DNA from: Bacteroidota bacterium | GTDB taxonomy: Bacteria > Bacteroidota > Rhodothermia > Rhodothermales > Bin80 | Direction: 5' to 3' | NCBI GenBank assembly: GCA_028875125.1 | Contig: JAPPGC010000104.1 | Location: 24,746 to 88,745, forward strand | DNA length: 64,000 nt | Made by a program: the position numbers and the translations under genes | In this document: piece by piece, positions 10,004-18,882 of the stretch | How the letters are laid out: each line of letters begins with the position of its first letter | Position numbering within the stretch: the first letter of the stretch is position 1 | Notes under the pieces: generated by a model | Databases searched by the model: none | The model's input: the letters and a program-made list of their open reading frames with translations, nothing else | Told to the model about the DNA's origin: nothing

Positions 10004-11543
10004 TCAGTACGACCTTCGTGCTAGTCACATATCGGTCTGTCTGAACCCGGATATAATAAGTCCCGCTTGGCAGATCCCCTGCGTCAAACGTCAGCGTATG
10101 CTCCCCCGCGGGCAATATTCCGAGGTGAATAACGTCAACGGATCGCCCAAGCAGATCAAGGGCTTCTGCACGCACCTCAGCCTGTTCGGGTAATGCAAGC
10201 ACTGCGGATGTGGTTGGATTGAAAGGGTTCGGGTATGCGGAAGAAAGCGAAAAGGATTCCGGAATTTCCACCGATCCATCAATACTTGTAACTGTACCCA
10301 GCACCGGATTTAGAATAAATAGACCGTCGGGAAAACTACCAACAACTGTAGTGCCACTATCCGGGAAGCGAAATGAACTCCAGGCTCCGTCATAGGATTT
10401 GTTGTCGGAGTCTAGATGCGTGTCAAAGTGTGCCACCTCCTTGGGTCTTTTGATATCTGAAATATCCAGGATGCGCAGGCCGGTTGTATAGTTTGCCGCA
10501 TATACGTAGTTTCCGTGCACATAGAGATTGTGATCAATTGATGAGGTCGAGTGATTGAATGAGGAGAAGTAGATCGGATCCTCAAGGTCTTGCAGGTCCC
10601 AAATAATCGTTCGTGTGTTGGGCAACCCATTGCTCTCATCAAACTCATCATTCATAAGGAAGTACCTGTGGTCGTCGGTAAGCCAGCCCTGATGTGAATA
10701 CCCCACGGCCGGGTAGTCACTTATTGCCAGCGCCATAGGGTTTTGCTTGTCGGTCACATCGGCAATGCTGATGTGGGTTTCGTTTGATCCGATACAGATT
10801 TCTTTGCCTCGGTACTTCGCCTGTGGCCCGCGGTAGATTACGCACTGGACATCGTGTGTGTACCCACTACGAGATCTGCCGGTTTGCTTATCGGCAAAGC
10901 AGCCGGCGTAGGTTGGGTTGACCGGGTCTTGGAGATCCAAGATATGCAGTCCACGCCCGCCACATTGATCAAGCTGTACCATAGTATTCGAAAGTCTGTA
11001 TCCCACGACGTATGCGAAGCCAGTCTCCTCATTTATGGCAATGTTGTGCGCAGACCTAATCGCTTCGTAGGCCGCAGTTTCCTCGAAAATGATGGGACTG
11101 CCACTGTAGGCGCGCAGTTGAGTCAGATCAAAGATCTGTACACCATTTGTGCTGACCCCATCAACCGTTACATACATGTGGTTCTTATAAACCTTCATAT
11201 CACGCCAGAGAGAATGCACTTGTGGATCATGATCTGGTAGTTGGCCCACGTAAATGGGGTTCACAGGATCAGTAACATCAACAAAGACTACTGCAGCGCT
11301 AGAACCCTGGAGCACATACTCACGGTCTGAGTCTGGGTCAACCCAACCCCAAATGTCGTTTAGATATCTAACTTGCATATCCGCCATCGACAGTCGGGAT
11401 AGCATGTCAACGTTCCTACATGCGTGGCCGGCTGCCACATTTGCATTACATTGCGTTTGTGAACCGACCACCGACGGTGATTGTGCACCGGCCGAATGCA
11501 TGATAAAAAGGGTTAGGGCCGCGAGGCAAAGGTGACGTTTCAT
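9996..11543 (-). CDS. Secreted choice-of-anchor-B / LVIVD beta-propeller-like protein with T9SS C-terminal domain
   Basis: Signal peptide. DIWGWVDPDSDREYVLQG...WRDMKVYKNHMYV...VQIFDLTQLR...HNIAINEETGFAYVVG...GLRILDIS blocks are shared with the C-terminal half of 23220..25550. The C-terminus AYPNPFNPTTS...GTYYIRVQ...VVLIK is a Por tail. Confidence 0.6.
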   Translation of the reverse strand: MKRHLCLAALTLFIMHSAGAQSPSVVGSQTQCNANVAAGHACRNVDMLSRLSMADMQVRYLNDIWGWVDPDSDREYVLQGSSAAVVFVDVTDPVNPIYVGQLPDHDPQVHSLWRDMKVYKNHMYVTVDGVSTNGVQIFDLTQLRAYSGSPIIFEETAAYEAIRSAHNIAINEETGFAYVVGYRLSNTMVQLDQCGGRGLHILDLQDPVNPTYAGCFADKQTGRSRSGYTHDVQCVIYRGPQAKYRGKEICIGSNETHISIADVTDKQNPMALAISDYPAVGYSHQGWLTDDHRYFLMNDEFDESNGLPNTRTIIWDLQDLEDPIYFSSFNHSTSSIDHNLYVHGNYVYAANYTTGLRILDISDIKRPKEVAHFDTHLDSDNKSYDGAWSSFRFPDSGTTVVGSFPDGLFILNPVLGTVTSIDGSVEIPESFSLSSAYPNPFNPTTSAVLALPEQAEVRAEALDLLGRSVDVIHLGILPAGEHTLTFDAGDLPSGTYYIRVQTDRYVTSTKVVLIK

Positions 11544-12217
11544 GAGATCTTGCCAGTTTAGATGGATCCAACTTTGGTAGAAAGAGGGTAGGATAGAATA
11601 ACATACTCATAGACCACTGATAAGTGCAATTATGGTCGGTCTCCCTGAGTACTGAATTCTACGAGTAGAGGAAATTATTGGTGTCCGTACGAGTCAGTTT
11701 TCCTGTAACCGTCCGATAGGGTGAGTTGTGTCTTCCGAGGCGAGATGTCTCGAAGAGTCTGAGTGCATTCTCGAACTTATTGCACTCTGGCCTTCGTTCC
11801 GTTCGAGATATCGTGCTCACCGGCGTATCTTCAGGGTAATCTCCACAGCAGCAAAAAAGTGGATGCTTTCAATTTTCAGTGCGGACCGTGCCTTCACTAA
11901 ATTTTTGGACGCATTTAGCTCGTCACTTGATTTTCTTCGAATTAAATGGCGCGCATGAAAACTGATAAAACTTTGGCGGAAGTTGTATTCAAACTCGATG
12001 ACTAACGACCACTACTTGTTCGCATGATTTTGATACGCTGATGGGCGCCGGCGACTGGTTTGGTGTATCAGCAACTAGTTGCACCACAGCAGGGAAAAAG
12101 AGCGGTGTATCTCATGGTTGAATTTTTCACGCACTGAGGTACAACATTGTGGATCTTTGGCCTATCTGTTGAGGGTGTGCAGAGCGAAATAGCGCTGTCA
12201 TTTGTACAGCATCCAGG

Positions 12218-13807
12218 ATGCTAAACAATTATTATTTGTTGCGCAGGCTCGCCTGTGCCTGGGACGAGAGGCTTCCAGGCAGCACAGTTCTGGATGCCTG
12301 GTCCCATTCACCAGGAGAGTTGACCATAGCACTTGAACGGGATGGTGTTGTTACGGCGGCGTCATTCCTGACACACGCGCCGATTATCGGTGCATTCAGG
12401 CGTACAAAGGTGGGGCGCCCGAGACGCAACGTCAAACCCCTTTTACGTTCTCTGCACGGGCAGTCAATTGTAAAGATAAGGGTTTCGGAGAGTGACCGCG
12501 TTCTAACTTTGAGATGTACGGGAGGTCTTCAGCTTCAAGCGTACCTGTATGGGGCGCACGCCAATATTCTTCTGGCAGACAAGAAAGGCAAGGTGGCGGA
12601 GGCATTTCGCAAGTATGCCCCGGCGGAACTCCCTCCATTGCGTGCTGCGCCGGAGCCCACAAACATCGCAGAGTTTACAACACGCTGGAAGGATGCGCGT
12701 GGCAGTGCAGAGAGGGCCATCCAACGCGTTTTTGTGCGATTCAATAAGGATCAGGCCAGGGAAATCATGCAGTTGCAGCAGTTTAAAGGGCACAGTGCAG
12801 AGGCGCTCGAGCCTGCGCCGGTGTTTGAGGTGGCGCAGGCATTGCACGAACGGTTGATGAGTGCCCGAGGGCCCTTGTATGTATACAAGGATCCGGTCAC
12901 AATCTCTCCTGTTCGCCTCGAGGCGCGAAAGGGACAGGAGGTATCTGTGTACAGCGATATAGACCATGGTCTCCATACTTACGCACGACACGCGCTTTCG
13001 GAAAGGGCTTATCGCTTACAGTACGAACCTCTACGAAAAAAGCTAGTGCGGATGCTAGATAAGGCTGAGCGTTCAGCCGCACGAATGAGGGTTGAGCGGT
13101 CCCGTCCCTCGCGTGCGGATGAATATGAACGACTAGGACATATTTTGATGGCCTCTCCGCCGTTGCCTGCAGGTAAGCACCGTGTGCGAATCCCAGATGC
13201 CTTCAATCCCGCAACAGAACTGACTGTATCGCTGGATCCGGCGCTGAACTCTCTGCAAAATGCTGAACGCTATTATTCGAAAGCACGCAAGGCGCGCACA
13301 TCCCGCGCGCACCTGGACACGCTCATCAGGCAGGCTGAGGAAAAGGTAGAGTCATTAAAGCAGCAGTTGCAGGCATTGGAAAAAACCCGAACGCAGAAGG
13401 ATATCAAAGCATTTCAGAAAACATACAAGCAGTCTGTTCGCCCAAATCAGCCTTTCAAGCGTTATGCTCTCGTGCCCCCCTACGAATTATGGGTTGGTCG
13501 TAATGCGAGGGAAAGTGAGATGCTAACACTTCAGTATGCACGTCCATTTGATTTATGGATGCATGCACGTGGGGTGAGCGGGGCGCACGCGGTCCTTAGG
13601 TTGCCCGGGCGCAATGCACAGCCAAGTAATCACCTCATAGAGCAGGCGGCGGCGATTGTGGCTTGGCACAGTAAGGCACGAACCAGTAGTGTGGTGCCGG
13701 TGATTGTTACTCCTCGGAAATACGTTCGTAAGGTGCGGGGCACTCCAACCGGTGAGGTTGCCGTGAGTCGTGAAGAGGTCGTGATGGTTGAACCCGCCTT
13801 GCCGTGA
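12218..13807 (+). CDS. NFACT-family (FbpA/RqcH-like, DUF814) RNA-binding protein
   Basis: The C-terminal block LWMHARGVSGAHAVLRLPGR...AAAIVAWHSKAR...VPVIVTPRKYVRK is the NFACT-R/DUF814 signature. It is preceded by a coiled-coil segment and an NFACT-N-like N-terminus. Confidence 0.65.
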   Translation: MLNNYYLLRRLACAWDERLPGSTVLDAWSHSPGELTIALERDGVVTAASFLTHAPIIGAFRRTKVGRPRRNVKPLLRSLHGQSIVKIRVSESDRVLTLRCTGGLQLQAYLYGAHANILLADKKGKVAEAFRKYAPAELPPLRAAPEPTNIAEFTTRWKDARGSAERAIQRVFVRFNKDQAREIMQLQQFKGHSAEALEPAPVFEVAQALHERLMSARGPLYVYKDPVTISPVRLEARKGQEVSVYSDIDHGLHTYARHALSERAYRLQYEPLRKKLVRMLDKAERSAARMRVERSRPSRADEYERLGHILMASPPLPAGKHRVRIPDAFNPATELTVSLDPALNSLQNAERYYSKARKARTSRAHLDTLIRQAEEKVESLKQQLQALEKTRTQKDIKAFQKTYKQSVRPNQPFKRYALVPPYELWVGRNARESEMLTLQYARPFDLWMHARGVSGAHAVLRLPGRNAQPSNHLIEQAAAIVAWHSKARTSSVVPVIVTPRKYVRKVRGTPTGEVAVSREEVVMVEPALP

Positions 13808-13841
13808 GGTATCTTCAGCTACACAATAATAGCATTTGTCC

Positions 13842-14642
13842 ATGACGTGGTGGCAGGCGGTGATACTGGGACTGTTACAGGGATTAACAGAATTCCTTCC
13901 GGTTTCTTCCTCGGGACATCTCGTCCTCGCACAGCATGCGCTTGGTATTCAGCTCACGCCGGATGTGACGTTTGAAGTTTTGCTTCACACAGGTACGGCG
14001 CTCAGTATCATGACGGTGTACAGGCATCGATTGCTTACAATGGTAACAGATACGGTCCGCACGTTACTGCACCCCCAAGAGGCCTATCATGCGAATACAA
14101 ATGTGCGAACTGCATGGCTAGTAGTTATTGCGAGCATCCCCGCCGGTACGGCGTATGTGTTCCTCGACGTGCAATTAGAATGGACCTATGCACGTCCTTG
14201 GTTCGCGTGCATCATGTTGATCGTAACGGGGGTATTGCTTGGATTTACTATGCTGGCCCGGTCACAGGGTGCTCCGGTCACACTATGGAAATCCCTGTTT
14301 ATGGGGGTTGCACAGGCCGTATCACTTCTTCCGGGGATGTCCAGGTCGGGAGCCACCATCAGCACGGGGCTGCTGTTCGGTATTAAGCCTGAAACTGCTG
14401 CGGACTTTTCATTCATAATGGTTCTGCCGGCTATTCTTGGAGCGACGCTGATCAAGGGGATAACCCTTATACAATCCCCGGGAGCTGTGGACTGGTTGCC
14501 GATGCTGCTCGGTACGGTCATAGCGTACGGTGCAGGCATTTTTGCTATTCGTGTGGTCCTTGGCTTTGTTCGCCGTGGACGACTGCATACATTTGCGTTC
14601 TATTGCGTAGGAGTAGGGGTACTGGGACTGATATTGCTGTAG
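13842..14642 (+). CDS. uppP: Undecaprenyl-diphosphate phosphatase
   Basis: GLLQGLTEFLPVSSSGHLVL and PGMSRSGATI motifs with a multi-TM profile. I prefer ATG 13842 over the TTG at 13836. Confidence 0.9.
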   Translation: MTWWQAVILGLLQGLTEFLPVSSSGHLVLAQHALGIQLTPDVTFEVLLHTGTALSIMTVYRHRLLTMVTDTVRTLLHPQEAYHANTNVRTAWLVVIASIPAGTAYVFLDVQLEWTYARPWFACIMLIVTGVLLGFTMLARSQGAPVTLWKSLFMGVAQAVSLLPGMSRSGATISTGLLFGIKPETAADFSFIMVLPAILGATLIKGITLIQSPGAVDWLPMLLGTVIAYGAGIFAIRVVLGFVRRGRLHTFAFYCVGVGVLGLILL

Positions 14643-14683
14643 AATCTTACATTGGTCATACCCCCTGAAATTTACGCGTTGTC

Positions 14684-15502
14684 ATGCGGCTAACACCATA
14701 CGAAAAATCTGCACAGAAGCAAGTGGACGCGTGGTTGCGCGGCGATGCCTCTCTTGTTTCTCGAGCGATGGATTTGGTCATGCGTCCGGTAGACTGGGCG
14801 GTGGAGCAGGGAGTCCCAGACAGCGTCGTAGATCAAATGAGTGGAGCTATTGGCGGCTTTTTATCTAAACTCAATGATGCCACCAAGTGGGCTGTTGACT
14901 TGAGCAGCATCCAATCAGAGGCGCGCAAGCACGGCCTGGATATCGAAGATCTTGAAGATTTACGCACCGCGTCTCTGAAAACACTGGACACTATAGCCAA
15001 GGGGCTCTTCACCCAGAATACCATGATGGCTGCGCTCAGTGGGGGTGGAACAGGACTCGGTGGAGCAATGCTGATCGCAGCGGATATTCCATTGCTCTTC
15101 GCAATCAATCTTCACCTCATCCAGCGGATAGGGGCGGCGTATGGGTTTCCAATGACGGGGCCTGAGCATGGACCGATCGTGTTGTCAATCTACAATGCGG
15201 CGGCCGCCAGTTCCCGAGAGGCCCGCAGCAGCGCCTTGCATGAAGTGGGCATAGCCGCCGCAGCGTATGCGGGTGGCGGCATTTATCAGGGTCGTGTACG
15301 CGGGGTATTCTCGGACCAATCTAGGCATGTGCCGCGTGAGCTGGCGAAGAATCTGGTTGGACGAAAACTGTTACAGACTATCCCGTTGGCCGGTGCAGCG
15401 GTCGGCGCAGGTGTCAACTATTGGTTCACGAGAGAGACTGCCCAAACGTCGTACATGCTGTTTCGGGCGCTCTATTTGGAGCACAAAGACCGCCTTCAAT
15501 AG
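14684..15502 (+). CDS. EcsC-family-like protein
   Basis: The N-terminal YEK..QK.VDAW...PS pattern and the glycine/alanine-rich hydrophobic core resemble the EcsC family. This is recalled from memory and not verified. Confidence 0.5.
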   Translation: MRLTPYEKSAQKQVDAWLRGDASLVSRAMDLVMRPVDWAVEQGVPDSVVDQMSGAIGGFLSKLNDATKWAVDLSSIQSEARKHGLDIEDLEDLRTASLKTLDTIAKGLFTQNTMMAALSGGGTGLGGAMLIAADIPLLFAINLHLIQRIGAAYGFPMTGPEHGPIVLSIYNAAAASSREARSSALHEVGIAAAAYAGGGIYQGRVRGVFSDQSRHVPRELAKNLVGRKLLQTIPLAGAAVGAGVNYWFTRETAQTSYMLFRALYLEHKDRLQ

Positions 15503-15750
15503 CTACATATTGAAGCGATCCCGGATAGTACCGCGTTTGATCCGGGGCTCCTTTTGGACAAATAATCGGGGGCCGCACGTGGTCGGCCTATCGGGAAGAC
15601 GTCGGACCTAAATTTCTACTATCTGCAGGGCGACGCGAATAAAACGGAAGTTGACACCTCGATGTAGAGATTTGATCCCTGCAAACAACTAATTGAAGGG
15701 AGTGTTTGACGGTCTGTCATCTATAGCCTAATGTAGACCACCCTGAAACA

Positions 15751-16290
15751 ATGAATAATCTGCAGTCTAAGTTTTTTTACAATTCTGCTCTTCTTCTGAT
15801 TTTGGTGTTTCTAGCAATTGGATGCTCTGAGGAGGCATTCGTTGAGGAATCGAATGAAGATTTCGTGGGTCAGTTGAGAGATTTAGTATTGGTGCACATG
15901 GATCCGGATAAAGAAAATGTCTTCCTATTAATGGGCATTGTCGGTTCAGAAATAAGGCAGCATAGTATTAAATCTGGGGTGGTTGACAAAATTGACTACG
16001 TCTTTGCGGAAGATCACCCTGATATTGCGAAATTCGGATTTGATGTGATGATTAGTCCTGAAGATGCTTTCAAGACTCTTGGAATAAATGTGGATAAATG
16101 CTCCATACTCCTCAGTAAGCCAGTAAATAGGGATAATGCAAATGCATGGACGGATTACGGAGGATGTGTCTCAAATCTTGTTAAGGAATGTAGGACTGTG
16201 TTCAGTCATGTTGATGACGAAAGAAACTGGATCACTCATTGCCATGATTATCGCGGCCAACTTCCAAAAGAAGAGCTTGATCTTATTTGA
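15751..16290 (+). CDS. Hypothetical lipoprotein (orphan, AT-rich gene)
   Basis: Signal peptide with lipobox LAIGC|SEE. I recognise no family. The gene is visibly more AT-rich than its neighbours. Confidence 0.5.
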   Translation: MNNLQSKFFYNSALLLILVFLAIGCSEEAFVEESNEDFVGQLRDLVLVHMDPDKENVFLLMGIVGSEIRQHSIKSGVVDKIDYVFAEDHPDIAKFGFDVMISPEDAFKTLGINVDKCSILLSKPVNRDNANAWTDYGGCVSNLVKECRTVFSHVDDERNWITHCHDYRGQLPKEELDLI

Positions 16291-16502
16291 TGATTTGCAG
16301 GAGTTAGCTTCTGGATAGTGACCTGATGACTGGCTGTGTTTCCAGCAACACGTTCCATTGCAACTTCGGGCGGGCTACGCTTTTGCAAGATCCACACAGT
16401 CTTACCGGCAATCTAGCATATAATCGCCTAACCTTATCGTGAGATTCCAATGCGGCCGCAACGAGAAACTCTGACCGAACTCCTCGACAAGAGCATTATA
16501 TC

Positions 16503-16955
16503 AGTTAATAACGCGCAGGTCAGCCAATCATCACCGTTGAAATGCGCCAGATTGTACAGGATAACGCCCAGTCTGTGATAATCTACACAGAAAGGGTTAG
16601 GGCTAGTGATTAGCTTCTGCAGGGCGTTGTGCCGATCATGGTAACTACCGCCAATACGGTTGGCGGATTGCTTCCTCTGTGGCCGGGAGGCGATCCTCCG
16701 TACATATCAAAGGCGGTTGCGAGCCTGTCTGGGTCTGTCTTCGTCGGTGTCCTTACCCTCAGTTTCGCCCCGGCATATTATTATCTGCCATTCCGCGTGC
16801 GCTCTCGACAAGCTGCGAAGCCGTTAGCCGAACTCTTGGGCTCAATGACGGTATTATTGCCCGAGGCACCTCCTACGATTCTGCAATCAAGCCCCAAGCT
16901 ATCCAGCGGCTGTTTTTCAACTACTGACGACTTGGCAAAATCAGTTCTCCTTTGA
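16503..16955 (+). pseudogene. 3'-terminal remnant of an RND (AcrB/CzcA-type) efflux permease
   Basis: IVQDNAQSVIIYTE (compare GIVVNNAILLVD), then an in-frame stop. This is followed by PIMVTTANTVGGLLPLW...SLSGSVFVGVLTLSFAPAYYY (compare RPILMTT..T.LGLLPLA...GGL..ST.LTL...P..Y). There is no upstream body of the gene. Confidence 0.35.
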
Positions 16956-17294
16956 GCCAGGCAGCCAACTCCTCAAGTGACATTTCTCCACGTGCAAAGG
17001 ACGGGATGACTCCTGCCATGGCTTCATCGCTCGCTGTCAAAATATACCCACTTCTCTGAACAGGCAGTTCCGTCAGGTAGAATGCCGTTCGCTTGTTGCC
17101 GTCCACGAATCCATGGTTTGAGACGATTTCGTGAATCAGGCAGCAGTCTTTTCGTGAAGGGACTCGAAATATCCGTGATACGGGCGTGCCAACGCAGAAC
17201 GAATGGCATGTTCGTTCAGGATTCCGGGTGCTCCGCCATCAACAAGCGCTTCATCGTGGGCACGAATTGAATCCTCCCATGTGATATGGTAGTG
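16921..17294 (-). pseudogene. Doc (Fic-fold death-on-curing) toxin, frameshifted and lacking an obvious start
   Basis: The downstream frame reads LIHEIVSNHGFVDGNKRTAFYLT, containing the Fic/Doc motif H.F.DGNKR. The upstream homology ITWEDSIRAHDEALVDGGAPGILNEHAIRSALARPYHGYFESLHEKTAA lies in another frame and ends at a TGA (17146-17148). One missing C would join the two frames. There is no ATG/GTG/TTG in frame upstream of the N-terminal homology. Confidence 0.65.
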
Positions 17295-17298
17295 AGTT

Positions 17299-17538
17299 TT
17301 ACAGATCTGCCAACATCTCCATGGCCTTCCTTCGCTTAACCGAGGTTTCTTTGATGATCCTTTCAGAAACCGGGCATACTTTCAAGCCCAATTCGCGGAT
17401 CATAGAAACCACAGGCTTCGGTGCACCATCTTTTGAGGCTTGCTCGACCTTGTCCGGCCGCGAGCCAGCGGGTTGATTAGACTTGACTGTCATGGCGACT
17501 TCCATGTTGGGCTGTCCCGAGCGGACTACGCGCACCAT
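17299..17538 (-). CDS. Small ORF immediately upstream of Doc, putative antitoxin
   Basis: The call rests on position only: its stop at 17299 abuts the start of the Doc homology. I recognise no antitoxin family, and the real start may be an internal Met (MTVKSNQ...). Confidence 0.35.
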   Translation of the reverse strand: MVRVVRSGQPNMEVAMTVKSNQPAGSRPDKVEQASKDGAPKPVVSMIRELGLKVCPVSERIIKETSVKRRKAMEMLADL

Positions 17539-17685
17539 TTAGCCAGGTTTCATATACCGTTAGAACGCAATAAAATCAGCCACCCGGAGAATCCCGATCT
17601 GTTGCCGCAGATGATCCGATGACGTGAAGGGGGTGCCTCTCTAAAATTGGGCATCTCCTCTACCAGGGGCTCATGCCCGAAAATA

Positions 17686-17729
17686 ATACGCAGCGAACGA
17701 ATGCAAGAATAATCAAGTTGTGAAATACG
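17686..17729. repeat. Imperfect direct repeat, copy A (partner at 18570..18614)
   Basis: atacgcaGcgaaCGaaTgcaagaataatcaagttGTGAaaatAcg compared with copy B, with an identical 17-mer core gcaagaataatcaagtt. Confidence 0.7.
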
Positions 17730-17805
17730 TGAGGGGTTGTTAACGTTGAGTTGTTTTTAGCACACGGTGCTGCGCATTTACGGGTCGCGTTCTGGACACA
17801 GCGGA

Positions 17806-17826
17806 CTAACTAACTAACTAACTAAC
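17806..17826. repeat. (CTAA)5 tetranucleotide microsatellite
   Basis: ctaactaactaactaactaac read directly. It places TAA stops in all three forward frames. Confidence 0.95.
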
Positions 17827-17890
17827 GCTAGACAACTGCACTATCTGGCACCCGGGGTAAGGACCCTGCAAGATGGCAGTGATTGCACGC

Positions 17891-18507
17891 TTATAAAGAC
17901 GAGGCCTCATTCTCATTTATCTTCTTTTCAACATCCAAAATCACGTTTTGCAGATCTCCAAAACTGCATTTGTGCGGAGAGAGTTTTATAAGAGAACTCA
18001 GACCAATCGTTTTTTGCTGGGGTACTTCTTGATCCAGAACGCTGGTAGCAATGACAAAAAATTCCCATTTGTTCATGTCAAGGCAGTCAAGAGAATTCCT
18101 TCCCTCAAACACGCAGAAAACATAGATGTCAGACCAGCGCTTTTTTCTTCATTGAACTTTCCAGTCTCTGCGTTCCAGCTTCCGGAAGGTGCTACCCCAA
18201 ATCGGATCGTGGAAGGCCTAGCCTGTTTCCATGCCTGATTGTAGGCCGCTGATTTCACTTCTATTGAGGTATTGGATGGCATGCGAATATCACACACATC
18301 CCACGCCCTCTTTATATTTTTGTGGAGTCCAAGGGCCGCCGCTACGAGAAACTCGGCAAGATCTCCTCGAGTTGTATTATCTGAAAGCATAGAACCCGAC
18401 CAGCGCCAATAGTCAATCAATTGGAGTGCCGGCCTGACGTTTTGCCCTCGAAACGGTTCTTCACCAGTACGCAGTTCAGCATCGTGGTGGGAAAGTCCAT
18501 CATTCAT
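17891..18507 (-). pseudogene. PD-(D/E)xK nuclease-like protein, frameshifted in a homopolymer
   Basis: ORFs 18073..18507 and 17891..18112 are two halves of one gene. GDLAEFLVAAALGL...WDVCDIRMPSNTSIEVKS carries a D..ExK motif. The reading ...KFNEEK continues as KRWSDIYVFCVFEGRNSLDCLDMNKWEFFVIATS only if one A is added to the A6 run (T6 at 18141-18146 on the plus strand). Confidence 0.6.
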
Positions 18508-18569
18508 GAGTTCTCTCGCTTGGATGCTCCAATAATTGTTTTTCTGGTGGTGGGTTCACTCTCGCGAAT

Positions 18570-18614
18570 ATACGCAACGAATTAAGGCAAGAATAATCAA
18601 GTTTATCAAATGCG
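18570..18614. repeat. Imperfect direct repeat, copy B (partner at 17686..17729)
   Basis: atacgcaacgaattaaggcaagaataatcaagtttatcaaatgcg. It shares the same 17-mer core as copy A and the same orientation. Confidence 0.7.
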
Positions 18615-18882
18615 CTATGGTCGTTAATTTTGCTACAAATGAATGTAGCTCATTGTGAAGCGCATTTTGAGGCAGCATTCTTGGTTCAGTCACCTAGGAC
18701 GCGCTTGAGTGATGACAATCCAAACAGACAAAAGGTAATACGGTTGGAAGCCTCCATATTTGACTTTGCGCAAAATTGCGCACTGGAAATAGTGTATATT
18801 CTGCGCGCAACAGCAGCCCGTGATCTTGTGGTAAAGAAGTTGTGAGAAGCTCAGACGGGAGCTAGATAAGTTTTGGGAAACC

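Noticed and set aside
11544-12217. Long (~670 bp) divergent intergenic region with ORF 11728-11958 and a 7-bp perfect hairpin (gagtgca...tgcactc, 11761-11787), considered as an ncRNA locus
   Set aside because: I could find no RNase P, tmRNA, SRP or 6S hallmarks. The ORF has no recognisable features. The region is most simply two divergent promoter/leader regions.
17641-17678. Hairpin gggcat...atgccc as an intrinsic terminator for the nuclease-like gene
   Set aside because: On the minus-strand RNA the inner helix contains an A-C mismatch and a 3-nt bulge, leaving only a 6-bp stem. That is too weak to call.
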